From: Nitrospirales bacterium
GTDB taxonomy: Bacteria; Nitrospirota; Nitrospiria; Nitrospirales; UBA8639
Length of the DNA stretch: 64,000 nt
Direction: 5' to 3'
NCBI GenBank assembly: GCA_963422365.1
Contig: OY729426.1
Location: 1,696,001 to 1,760,000, forward strand
In this document: piece after piece, positions 56,001-64,000 of the stretch
Numbering within the stretch: position 1 is the stretch's first letter
Layout: every line of letters starts with the position of its first letter
Position numbers and translations under genes: made by a program
Notes under the pieces: generated by a model
What the model saw: only the letters and a program-made list of their open reading frames with translations
Told to the model about the DNA's origin: nothing
Databases searched by the model: none

Positions 56001-56325
56001 ACTCACCCCGCAGCAGCGCACGGCCATCAACTACCTCCAAGCCTTTATTAACCTCGACATTACCCATGCGAGAGAACAACAGCGTATTGCAGGGGCTATT
56101 GAATGGGTGAAACTGGGGCGTTATCAAAACCTGCCCAGAGAGATAGCCAAACTGCAAAGAAGCCAGAAAAATTCACCGGTGGTGCCCGCCAGACAACTGG
56201 AGGCACTGATAAAGATAATCGACAAGCATGCGCCGGAAACCACTGTGAACGACAGTGACGAACCGCCCGCCGAGCTGCAGGCCAACGAGCGGCCAAGGGT
56301 CGTTATTTCACAAAGCTATCTGTAG
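53053..56325 (+). CDS. PLD-nuclease / SNF2-type SF2 helicase fusion
   Basis: LHAKIYIF...GSSNLT (PLD-type HxK), SDVVGLGKT, VDEAHKFRN, SATPLNN, EGVNLH...NYDTPWNATRLMQRIGRLNRIG. Confidence 0.9.
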   Translation: MATKFFTNDGENTLLEKFRGVFRHNPHIAEFDALVGYFYSTGYFHLRPHLQDIGQMRVLVGIDVDTITAQAQGRGLALLSGATQEQASRDYTRQFQEEIDGARYDRQTERSIEQFVQDIADGKIAIRAHPARKLHAKIYIFRPQAFNEHSGGEVISGSSNLTAAGLGADGDTANYEFNVSLRDYDDIQFATNEFEKLWHESVAILPEAVMDARNKTYLRGDFTPFELYIKLLVEYFGREVEFDPNSITDVPDGFKRLNYQLDAVEQGYILLQNHHGFFLSDVVGLGKTVVATLIARKHFFLNKYPEYRSHTLIVCPPAVCANWRETVDQFQLDNVDLMTTGSLHTITDPKKYDLIIVDEAHKFRNDTSTSYAELQRICKTPCRNDGRKRVILVSATPLNNRPEDIRNQLLLFQDASDSTLDINIARFFSRASREYKDLIKPSAPADAVERLESLYAGIRRKIIEPLTVRRTRTDLLRHPLYADDLQCQGIVFPKVEPPANLLYQLEPELNDTYQHSFDLIRNQHGNGLQYMRYRLIEYLKPEHKQDYQRPEFIAERLAAIMKTLLIKRLDSSFYAFHQSLKRFVHASRQILDMMDNNRVYLAPKQQIDQYLEEDREEELLEKLVQEQLTDPSIKVLTRDDFEPGLFALLQQDHALLQQMEAQWRKVVDQKADPKLELLLAELPKRLLNAEHNPERKLVIFSESADTTGYLYGKLRDQYRVLSIDSHNRALQQDIIRQNFDANLPLKEQKSDCDILIATESLAEGVNLHRANTIVNYDTPWNATRLMQRIGRLNRIGSPAGAIYIYNFLPTEQVEDDIGLKRRAQVKLQAFHTALGEDSQIYSVDEKVETFGLFDRNITEPEEVSGRLAYLMEIRAFREKHPDEFRRIKNLPLKIRNAVADPERSGATLCFLRNSKHNAFYQVDHDNQVTDLGFLEVAPIFKSHHNAALIKPLPDAHYNQVQRALAYFMEQVQDKIIKEQQAPELTPQQRTAINYLQAFINLDITHAREQQRIAGAIEWVKLGRYQNLPREIAKLQRSQKNSPVVPARQLEALIKIIDKHAPETTVNDSDEPPAELQANERPRVVISQSYL

Positions 56326-56359
56326 CATTGGAGCACTTCAGGTTGGGAAACAAAGAGTA

Positions 56360-57580
56360 ATGCCGGGTTTTGCTGACAAAGAGCTACGACAAATCATCGA
56401 ATCCGGCGAATCCGACCACGTCGAGTTCAAGGAGTCTTTATCCGGCGACGCCGCCACCAGAATCAGGGAAGCCATCTGCGCCTTTGCCAACGATTTGGCC
56501 GCTCACGACAAACCCGGTTTTGTGTTCGTAGGCGTGAAGGACGACAAAACATTTGGCAATCTGGCGGTTACAGATTCTTTGCTGCGACAGTTGGCCGACA
56601 TGAAAACCGACGGCAATGTCCTGCCGCCGCCCTCCCTGACCGTGCAAAAGCGCATCCTGCAAGATAAAGAAATCGCCGTCGTTATCGTGCAGCCCTCCAA
56701 CTCGCCACCGGTTCGCTGCAAGGGGGTTATCCATATCCGCACCGGCCCGCGTCGTGGTATTGCCACCGCACAGGATGAAAGGACGCTCAACGAAAAGCGC
56801 TGGTATGGCGACCGCCCCTTCGACCTCCAGCCAGTCTCTGTTGCCACCTTGAGGGATCTCAACCTCTTCCGGTTCGAGCATGAATACTTGCCGCAGGCCT
56901 TTGATCGCGCAATTCTGGAAGCCAACGAACGCAGTCTCGAAGAACGGTTGGCCGCGGCCAAGATGATTGCCTCTGCTGACGATCCCGTGCCTACAGTGTT
57001 GGGGATACTTGTATTGGTCAAACGGACACTGGATCACCTGCCGGGAGCGTATCTTCAATTCTTGAGACTTGCTGGTAACGAACTCACAGCCCCCATATCC
57101 GATGAAGAAGTAATCAGCGGAACCATTACGGATGTACTGCGCCGCCTTGACGAGAAGCTGAACGGGCACAATCGGACAGCGGTTGACTTCACATCGGGAC
57201 CAGTCGAGAGACGGGTCAGTACGTATCCGGTCCCAGCGATCCAGCAGATCGCTCGTAATGCGATCATGCACCGATCATACGAAGGAAGCCACGCTCCCAC
57301 ACGAGTGTACTGGTACGACGACCGTATAGAAATACTGAGTCCCTGGGGCGTATTCGGCTCGGTAACAGTAGAGAGTTTCGGCCGACCCGGCATTACCTCC
57401 TACCGCAATCCCAATCTTGCAGAGGCGATGAGAAACCTGGGGTTCGTGCAACGCTACGGCGTCGGCATTCCATTGGCGAATCGGCTGCTTCGACAAGCCG
57501 GGCATCCTGAAATGGAATTCAATGTCGATATGAACAACGTGCAAGTCACAATACTGGCTTGCAAGAAAGACCGGACATGA
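56360..57580 (+). CDS. Schlafen/AlbA_2 domain + HATPase_c_4-like protein
   Basis: GESDHVEFKES, ICAFAN, FVGVKDD; NAIMHRSY, DRIEILSPWG, YRNPNLAEAM..LGFVQRYGVGI. Confidence 0.85.
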   Translation: MPGFADKELRQIIESGESDHVEFKESLSGDAATRIREAICAFANDLAAHDKPGFVFVGVKDDKTFGNLAVTDSLLRQLADMKTDGNVLPPPSLTVQKRILQDKEIAVVIVQPSNSPPVRCKGVIHIRTGPRRGIATAQDERTLNEKRWYGDRPFDLQPVSVATLRDLNLFRFEHEYLPQAFDRAILEANERSLEERLAAAKMIASADDPVPTVLGILVLVKRTLDHLPGAYLQFLRLAGNELTAPISDEEVISGTITDVLRRLDEKLNGHNRTAVDFTSGPVERRVSTYPVPAIQQIARNAIMHRSYEGSHAPTRVYWYDDRIEILSPWGVFGSVTVESFGRPGITSYRNPNLAEAMRNLGFVQRYGVGIPLANRLLRQAGHPEMEFNVDMNNVQVTILACKKDRT

Positions 57581-58620
57581 CCGTTCCCGTATTGACGTTT
57601 TTCAACAACAAGGGCGGCGTGGGCAAAACCTCGCTGGTCTATCACTTGGCCTGGATGCTGTCCGACATGGGGCATCGGGTGCTGGCCTGCGACCTGGACC
57701 CGCAGGCAAACCTGACCGCTGTCTTTCTGAATGAAACACAGCTTGAGGAGCTGTGGGAGACCGGCGACGGCGCGTCCGGGCGGACCATTCTGAACTGCGT
57801 CCGCCCACTGACGAAAGTGGGTGACATCAAAGCCCCGCTGCTGGCGGATATCACCCCCACGCTCCGCCTCATCCCTGGCGACCTGGCACTGGCCGGCTTT
57901 GAGGATACCCTGTCGGCGAAATGGCCGAATGCCCTGGGTTCCTCCGACAGTCTCTACCGTCCCTTACGTATTTTGACGGCATTCTCAACCGTCATGCAGA
58001 CCGGGGCAAAGCAAATGGAAGCGGATATTATCCTCGCCGACGTCGGCCCCAATCTCGGCGCGATCAACCGCTCAGCACTGATTTCGACCGACTCCATCAT
58101 CGTTCCTTTGGGCGCCGATTTGTTTTCTCTCCAGGGGCTGCGCAACCTGGGGCCCACCTTGAGCCAATGGCGACAGGACTGGCAACAGCGGAGAAACAAC
58201 TGGAAACAACCGGAATTTCCGCTGCCGAAAGGAGACATGAAACCTGTCGGCTACGTGGTGCAACAACACAGCGTGCGCCTGAGCCGCCCGGTTAAGGCAT
58301 ATGACAAATGGGTGAACCGGATGCCGGAAGAATACGCCCGGAATCTGCTGGACGATACAAAAGGCCCCTATCCGGCGACCCCGGCGCAAGACCATGAACA
58401 CGCCCTGGCCACCGTCAAGCACTATCGCAGCCTCGTGCCACTGGCACAGGAAGCGCGCAAGCCCATTTTTCACCTTACCCCGCCTGACGGCGCCATCGGC
58501 AGCCATGCCGCCGCGGTCACCGACGCCCGCCACGATTTCAGGGCACTGGCAGGGAAGATACTGGAAAGAATTGATTATCAGCGCCAGCCGAATCCCAAGC
58601 CACCGAGCCACCAAAAATGA
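57577..58620 (+). CDS. ParA/Soj-family ATPase
   Basis: FFNNKGGVGKT, DLDPQANLT, DVGPNLGAINR; ATGA overlap with the upstream gene. Confidence 0.88.
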   Translation: MTVPVLTFFNNKGGVGKTSLVYHLAWMLSDMGHRVLACDLDPQANLTAVFLNETQLEELWETGDGASGRTILNCVRPLTKVGDIKAPLLADITPTLRLIPGDLALAGFEDTLSAKWPNALGSSDSLYRPLRILTAFSTVMQTGAKQMEADIILADVGPNLGAINRSALISTDSIIVPLGADLFSLQGLRNLGPTLSQWRQDWQQRRNNWKQPEFPLPKGDMKPVGYVVQQHSVRLSRPVKAYDKWVNRMPEEYARNLLDDTKGPYPATPAQDHEHALATVKHYRSLVPLAQEARKPIFHLTPPDGAIGSHAAAVTDARHDFRALAGKILERIDYQRQPNPKPPSHQK

Positions 58621-58635
58621 CTATTTCACAGCCCT

Positions 58636-61600
58636 ATGTCTGATTTGCAAACCTTATTAAGCAGTGGCTACGACCGCGAAAGCTGGCTAGCCCGATTGCA
58701 GCAGTTTTTCCCCGGCATTGAAATTTTCTCACAGCCGCAAGCTGTTGAAGACAACCGCGCAGCGTCCTTTGACTATCTCGGCAAGGTTCCCACTGCGGAC
58801 GGCCAGCAGTTGGGCATCTATGAAATAAAAGTCGGCGCTAACACCCAGCTCGCCCGCAACCGTGTGCAACTACGCCAGATGGTGGCCAAACAGGTTTCAG
58901 CGCATACCCTGGGTGGTGCACTGGCGGTTTACTACGACCATGGCCAACAGTGGCGGTTCAGCTTCATCAGCATGGAATACAAGCTGAACGAGCAGGGACA
59001 GATCGACAAGCAGGAAAGCACCTCCAAACGCTACACCTATCTGCTGGGCAAAGGTGCCAACGTCCGCACCGCGGTTGAGCGATTTGACCATCTACCGCAG
59101 CAACCATCGCTCGAAGACTTCAAAGCCGCCTTCGCCGTAGAGCCGTTGAACAAGGAATTCTATGAAAAACTGTTCAACTGGTATGAATACGCCAAATCCG
59201 AAGTCGTTTTCCCCAACGACGAACGCGAACCACAAGACAACCATACCGCTACCAGCCTGATCCGCCTGCTCACCCGTCTGCTGTTCGTCTGGTTTATCAA
59301 AGAGAAGAAGCTGGTCAACCCCGACCTGTTTGACCAGGAGCAATTGCAATCCATCATTGACTGGAAGAAAGACAGCAGCTACTACAAAGCCATTTTGCAG
59401 AATCTGTTCTTCGCCACGCTGAACCGCGAGATCAAAGACCGCAGCTTTCGCACGACTACCGACGGCAAGGCCAACAGCAGCAATTATCTCGTGACCAATA
59501 TCTACCGCTATCGGGACCATTTTCAGGAGAGCAATAAAGACAATATCATCGCCCGCTTTGCGCAGACCCCTTTCCTGAACGGCGGACTATTTGAGTGCCT
59601 GGACCGGCAAGCCAATGAGGATGAACAACAGAAATATGAAAAAGACAAAACCATCCGCAATGAAAGATATGCCATGCGCATGGACGGCTTTTCCGACCGG
59701 GCGGACAATCCCCTCAGCCTGCCCAATGCATTGTTTTTCAGCGATGACGAACGCAAACCCGGCCTGATCGACCTGCTGCATCAATACCAGTTCACGGTGG
59801 AGGAGTCCACCCCGCTGGATATTGAAGTGGCGCTGGACCCGGAGCTGCTGGGCAAGGTGTTTGAAAACCTGCTGGCGGCCTATAACCCTGAAACCGAGCA
59901 AACCGCCCGTAACGCCACTGGCAGCTACTACACCCCGCGTGAGATTGTCGGTTATATGGTGGATGAAAGTCTGAAAGCGTATCTGGCCGGCGCGGTGCCG
60001 CCGCAGGATGGCGATGCTGAATTCTGGCGCGAACGCTTGGACGATCTGTTTAACATGGCCTCTCAGACCGGGGAACTGGCAGAGAAAAATGGGAAAGCCC
60101 TGCTGTATGACGAAGAAATCCCCGAACTCATTCAAGCCATCGACCAGGTCAAAATCCTCGACCCGGCAGTGGGTTCCGGCGCCTTCCCCATGGGTGCTTT
60201 GCAGCGGCTGGTCGGGCTGCTGGCGATTCTCGACCCGAACAACCGGCAATGGAAAGAGCAGCAACTGCTCAATCTGCCGGATATGCAATCCATCCAGGCC
60301 GACCTGCAAACATCAGAAAACATCAACGACTGGCAAGCCAGACAAAAGGCGCAAGAGGAATTGCAACAGCGAAAGCAGGAAATCACCCGGGCATTTGAAA
60401 CAGAAGCCGACTACGCCCGCAAACTTTATCTGATAGAAAACGCCATCTGCGGCGTGGATATCCAGCCCATCGCCTGCCAGATTGCCAAACTGCGCTTTTT
60501 CATCTCCCTGGCCATAGAGCAGCAACCGACCGCCGACAAGAAGGACAATTACGGCATCAAGGCCCTGCCTAATCTGGAGACCAGATTTATTGCTGCCAAC
60601 AGCCTCATCGGCCTGGACAAGCCCAGGCAGACGGTAATACGCAATCCGGCCATTCAGGAAAAAGAACGGGAACTGAACCGGGTGCGCCGCCGCCACTTCA
60701 ACGCCAAAACCCTAAAAACCAAAAGGCAATATCGGGAACAGGATAAAACACTCCGTGAAGAGATTGCCGCGTTATTGATAAGTGATGGCTGGGGCGACAG
60801 CAATGCCGAGAAAGTCGCCCACTGGGATCCCTACAACCAGAACGCTGTCGCCGACTGGTTCGACCCGGAATGGATGTTCGGCATCAGCGACGGCTTTGAC
60901 GTGGTGCTGGGCAATCCGCCGTATATCCAATTGCAGAAGAACGGCGGCATGCTGGCAAATCTCTACGAAAACAGGGGCTTTGAAACCTTTGTGCGCTCTG
61001 GCGACATCTACCAGTTGTTTTATGAACGCGCCGGTCAACTGCTGGGTAACCAGAGCCACCTGTGCTTCATTACCTCTAACAAATGGATGCGCGCCAAATA
61101 TGGCGAGAAACTCCGCGCCTTCTTTACCACCCTAACCCCCAAAGTTTTGCTGGATTTTGGTGGGTTCAAAGTCTTCGAGAATGCCACGGTGGATACCAAT
61201 ATCCTGCTCATTACAAAGGAAAACGTGCAAGGCGAGTTGTGGGCAACGGCGTTCAAAGACGATTTCAAACAAGGCGACAGCATCGGCGATTACGCGCAGA
61301 ACAACGCCGTTTCTATTAACGTAACGCCCGATACCTGGTTTATCGGCAGCCGTGCGGAAGTCGCATTAAAAGAAAAGATTGAGCGCATCGGCACACCGCT
61401 AAAAGAATGGGATATAGCCATTTATCGAGGAATACTGACGGGACTTAACGCCGCCTTTATCGTCGATAAAAAGACCAAAGACGCACTGATTGCCGAGGAT
61501 CCCAGATCGGCGGAGCTACTAAAACCGATCCTGCGCGGAAGGGATATCAAGCGGTATCGGGCGGAATGGGCGGGGCTGTGGGTGATCGCGACTTTGCCGT

Positions 61601-62187
61601 CTTTACACGTTGACATTGAGAACTATCCGGCAATAAAACGATATTTGCTTTCTTACGGCAAAGAAAAGCTAGAACAGACAGGAGAAACGCTTGTTGATGG
61701 AAGCAAGTCGCGAAAGAAAACCCCTCATCAGTGGTTTGAATTACAGGATACATGCGCTTACCACGCGGAATTTGAACGCGATAAGCTCGTTTGGGGAAAC
61801 TTGTCTGTTCAGCCAAGGTTTGCTGTAGATACGGATGCCAGCTCTATTTCTGCACCAACCAATCTTCTTACGGGAACGGATCAAATAAAATATATTGCTG
61901 CGATTCTCAATAGTTCATTTTGCTATTGGAGCATGAGGCGATTGGCTTACAGCAGAGAACACGGATATATGGAATACAAGAAAATTTTTGTGGAACAGAT
62001 ACACATTCCGAAAATCTCCAAAGTGAGACAACAACCGTTTACAGATTTAGTAGATAAAATCCTTGCTGCCAAAAAGGCTAATCCTGATGCAGATACAAGC
62101 GAACGGGAAAAGGAAATCGACCGCCTCGTCTATGCGTTGTACGATCTCACCGAGAAAGAAATTCAGGTAATTGAAGGCATTGCCTGA
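58636..62187 (+). CDS. Type IIG / Eco57I-like N6-adenine methyltransferase with TaqI_C-like target recognition domain
   Basis: PFLNGGLF, LDPELLGKVFENLL, TGSYYTPREIV, ILDPAVGSGAF, GFDVVLGNPPY, FITSNKW, KPILRGRDIKRY, EIDRLVYALYDLT. Confidence 0.92.
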   Translation: MSDLQTLLSSGYDRESWLARLQQFFPGIEIFSQPQAVEDNRAASFDYLGKVPTADGQQLGIYEIKVGANTQLARNRVQLRQMVAKQVSAHTLGGALAVYYDHGQQWRFSFISMEYKLNEQGQIDKQESTSKRYTYLLGKGANVRTAVERFDHLPQQPSLEDFKAAFAVEPLNKEFYEKLFNWYEYAKSEVVFPNDEREPQDNHTATSLIRLLTRLLFVWFIKEKKLVNPDLFDQEQLQSIIDWKKDSSYYKAILQNLFFATLNREIKDRSFRTTTDGKANSSNYLVTNIYRYRDHFQESNKDNIIARFAQTPFLNGGLFECLDRQANEDEQQKYEKDKTIRNERYAMRMDGFSDRADNPLSLPNALFFSDDERKPGLIDLLHQYQFTVEESTPLDIEVALDPELLGKVFENLLAAYNPETEQTARNATGSYYTPREIVGYMVDESLKAYLAGAVPPQDGDAEFWRERLDDLFNMASQTGELAEKNGKALLYDEEIPELIQAIDQVKILDPAVGSGAFPMGALQRLVGLLAILDPNNRQWKEQQLLNLPDMQSIQADLQTSENINDWQARQKAQEELQQRKQEITRAFETEADYARKLYLIENAICGVDIQPIACQIAKLRFFISLAIEQQPTADKKDNYGIKALPNLETRFIAANSLIGLDKPRQTVIRNPAIQEKERELNRVRRRHFNAKTLKTKRQYREQDKTLREEIAALLISDGWGDSNAEKVAHWDPYNQNAVADWFDPEWMFGISDGFDVVLGNPPYIQLQKNGGMLANLYENRGFETFVRSGDIYQLFYERAGQLLGNQSHLCFITSNKWMRAKYGEKLRAFFTTLTPKVLLDFGGFKVFENATVDTNILLITKENVQGELWATAFKDDFKQGDSIGDYAQNNAVSINVTPDTWFIGSRAEVALKEKIERIGTPLKEWDIAIYRGILTGLNAAFIVDKKTKDALIAEDPRSAELLKPILRGRDIKRYRAEWAGLWVIATLPSLHVDIENYPAIKRYLLSYGKEKLEQTGETLVDGSKSRKKTPHQWFELQDTCAYHAEFERDKLVWGNLSVQPRFAVDTDASSISAPTNLLTGTDQIKYIAAILNSSFCYWSMRRLAYSREHGYMEYKKIFVEQIHIPKISKVRQQPFTDLVDKILAAKKANPDADTSEREKEIDRLVYALYDLTEKEIQVIEGIA
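61412..61792 (+). repeat. 381-bp inverted repeat, left copy (inside the Type IIG gene)
   Basis: ATATAGCCATTTATCG...ATAAGCTCGTTT; reverse complement at 62573-62953; translations match in the coding and shadow frames. Confidence 0.95.
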
Positions 62188-62188
62188 G

Positions 62189-62972
62189 TTAATTCATCGC
62201 TTCCACAAGTTCAATTTCCTTCTCCGTCAGGCCGTATAATTGATATACCAGTCGGTCAATCTCGGCTTCTATCGCGGTGGTGTCCTTCCTTTTTTCCTTG
62301 CCAGCAATCACTCTATCCACCAAGTCGATGAAGGGTTGTTGCGTTATTTCCAAGATTCGCGGTGCTGGAAAATTCTCAAAAAACACTTTGCTCAATTCTC
62401 TTGTCCCGCCAAGCAATTCTGGGCAATTTTCCCGTAACCATTTTGCTCCAACTCTTGAATTCAGTATCGCGGTAAGAAATTTCAGATGTTTCCCAGTAAC
62501 TATGAAGCATTTTTGGTTTGTGAAAATTTTATGTATCAAATACAAAAGGTAAAAACTTCGTCATATTGGGATAAACGAGCTTATCGCGTTCAAATTCCGC
62601 GTGGTAAGCGCATGTATCCTGTAATTCAAACCACTGATGAGGGGTTTTCTTTCGCGACTTGCTTCCATCAACAAGCGTTTCTCCTGTCTGTTCTAGCTTT
62701 TCTTTGCCGTAAGAAAGCAAATATCGTTTTATTGCCGGATAGTTCTCAATGTCAACGTGTAAAGACGGCAAAGTCGCGATCACCCACAGCCCCGCCCATT
62801 CCGCCCGATACCGCTTGATATCCCTTCCGCGCAGGATCGGTTTTAGTAGCTCCGCCGATCTGGGATCCTCGGCAATCAGTGCGTCTTTGGTCTTTTTATC
62901 GACGATAAAGGCGGCGTTAAGTCCCGTCAGTATTCCTCGATAAATGGCTATATGCGTTACTAATCTCAACAC
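62189..62972 (-). other. Inverted alternative 3' cassette of the Type IIG gene (repeat plus a different TRD tail), with a frameshift at ~62530
   Basis: ORF 62529-62972 repeats IAIYRG...ERDKLV then diverges (YPNMTKFLPFVFDT*); ORF 62189-62545 continues FTNQKCF...EIDRLVYQLYGLTEKEI. Confidence 0.9.
62573..62953 (-). repeat. 381-bp inverted repeat, right copy
   Basis: AAACGAGCTTAT...CGATAAATGGCTATAT is the reverse complement of 61412-61792. Confidence 0.95.
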
Positions 62973-63019
62973 TTATATTTGCTCTCCTTTCAATAAACCA
63001 CACATCAGGAGAGCATAGG

Positions 63020-63994
63020 ATGACGAAATCTACTCATATCTGCACCGACAAAGCGATCTTCTCCGACAGCCTGCGCCACGCGCACATGGCCGACAACACC
63101 CGCCGCGTGTACGGCGAGGGCTGGGCGCTGTTTGCCGACTGGTGTACGCAAGCAGGATGTGAGCCGCTGGCGGTTTCACCCCAGGACCTCGTGGACTTTT
63201 TCACTGAGTTGGCACTTCGCCGCAGAAAAGGCACAGAGAAGCCGCTGGCCTACGGCACCTTGATGCTGGTGCGGTGTGCAGTACGCCGCCGGTATGCGGA
63301 CGCCAATCTGACGTCGCCGACCCATCATCCAGAAGTCACCAACCTATTCCGTGGCTTGGCCCGCCTGCGTGGCACAAAGCCGAGACGGGCCAACGCCCTA
63401 CGCGAAGATCACATGGCCGCGATCCTGGCCTGTTGTCCCCCGACCGCCCGTGGCGCACGGGACGCCGCCGTGCTGGCGATTGGCTTTGCGGCCGCCTTGC
63501 GCCGCTCGGAATTATGCGGGCTGTCGATAGGGGATATTGAACGGTTTCTGACGGCGGAGGGGGAACCCTCCGGTATCATATTGCATATCCGTCGCTCGAA
63601 GACGGACCAGGCAGGGCGGGGCCAACAGGTCGCGGTGCCCGCCGGGAAACGGATTCGCCCGGTCGCCGTCCTGGATCGCTGGCTCCGCATCCGTGGCTCC
63701 CACGCCGGCCCACTTTTTCAATCATTGCGCCGGGGCGGACGACTCACCGGCCGCCCGCTCCACCACTCTGACATTCCGCGCCTGGTGAAACAGTATGCCG
63801 CGGCCATTGGGCTGGACCCGGCCGGGTTCTCCGCCCACTCCTTGCGGGCAGGCTTCGTCACCAGTGCCGCGGTCCATCATGCGCGGATGGACAAGATCAT
63901 GGCGGTCACCCGTCACACCAACACGAATACAGTCATGAAATACATCCGCGATGCGGCCGTGTTTACGGACCATGCCGGACAGGAGTTTCTGTGA
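63020..63994 (+). CDS. Tyrosine recombinase (Cre-like phage integrase family)
   Basis: RDAAVL..GFAAALRRSEL (R), RSKTDQ (K), HSLRAG (HxxR), TRH, VMKY (Y). Confidence 0.93.
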   Translation: MTKSTHICTDKAIFSDSLRHAHMADNTRRVYGEGWALFADWCTQAGCEPLAVSPQDLVDFFTELALRRRKGTEKPLAYGTLMLVRCAVRRRYADANLTSPTHHPEVTNLFRGLARLRGTKPRRANALREDHMAAILACCPPTARGARDAAVLAIGFAAALRRSELCGLSIGDIERFLTAEGEPSGIILHIRRSKTDQAGRGQQVAVPAGKRIRPVAVLDRWLRIRGSHAGPLFQSLRRGGRLTGRPLHHSDIPRLVKQYAAAIGLDPAGFSAHSLRAGFVTSAAVHHARMDKIMAVTRHTNTNTVMKYIRDAAVFTDHAGQEFL

Positions 63995-64000
63995 GTGGCG

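Noticed and set aside
61456..61470. TTTATCG-T-CGATAAA palindrome in the inverted repeat as the recombinase crossover site
   Set aside because: A 1-nt spacer does not fit the 6-8-bp spacer of tyrosine recombinase sites; the site cannot be assigned from sequence alone
61412..62953. Repeat pair as a diversity-generating retroelement TR/VR
   Set aside because: The copies are inverted and appear identical, with no adenine-specific differences and no reverse transcriptase

Overview
Bacterial genomic window, probably Nitrospirota. This is inferred from the PafA-type ligase, the glyQ-glyS-ppdK-ribD block and several Nitrospira-like hypotheticals. The many pseudogenes, several restriction systems and FN3 surface protein suggest a host-associated lineage. 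Housekeeping genes (tRNA-Arg(CCT), msrA, MMPL transporter, thiD, glyQS, ppdK, ribD, elbB, recQ, pafA) alternate with accessory blocks: a decayed mcrBC, a DUF4160/DUF2442 pair with a Type I R-M operon, a repeat-rich FN3/Ig autotransporter-like adhesin, and a terminal defence island. The top finding is in that island (PLD-SNF2 helicase, AlbA_2/HATPase protein, ParA-like ATPase, Type IIG/Eco57I-like methyltransferase-TRD gene). It ends in an apparent invertible specificity switch: 381-bp inverted repeats (61412-61792 and 62573-62953) flank two tail-to-tail alternative TaqI_C-like C-termini, with a tyrosine recombinase immediately adjacent. The second finding is that the adhesin's signal peptide is out of frame with its body at a C9 tract, consistent with slipped-strand phase variation. 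All family assignments are by motif recognition, not database search.
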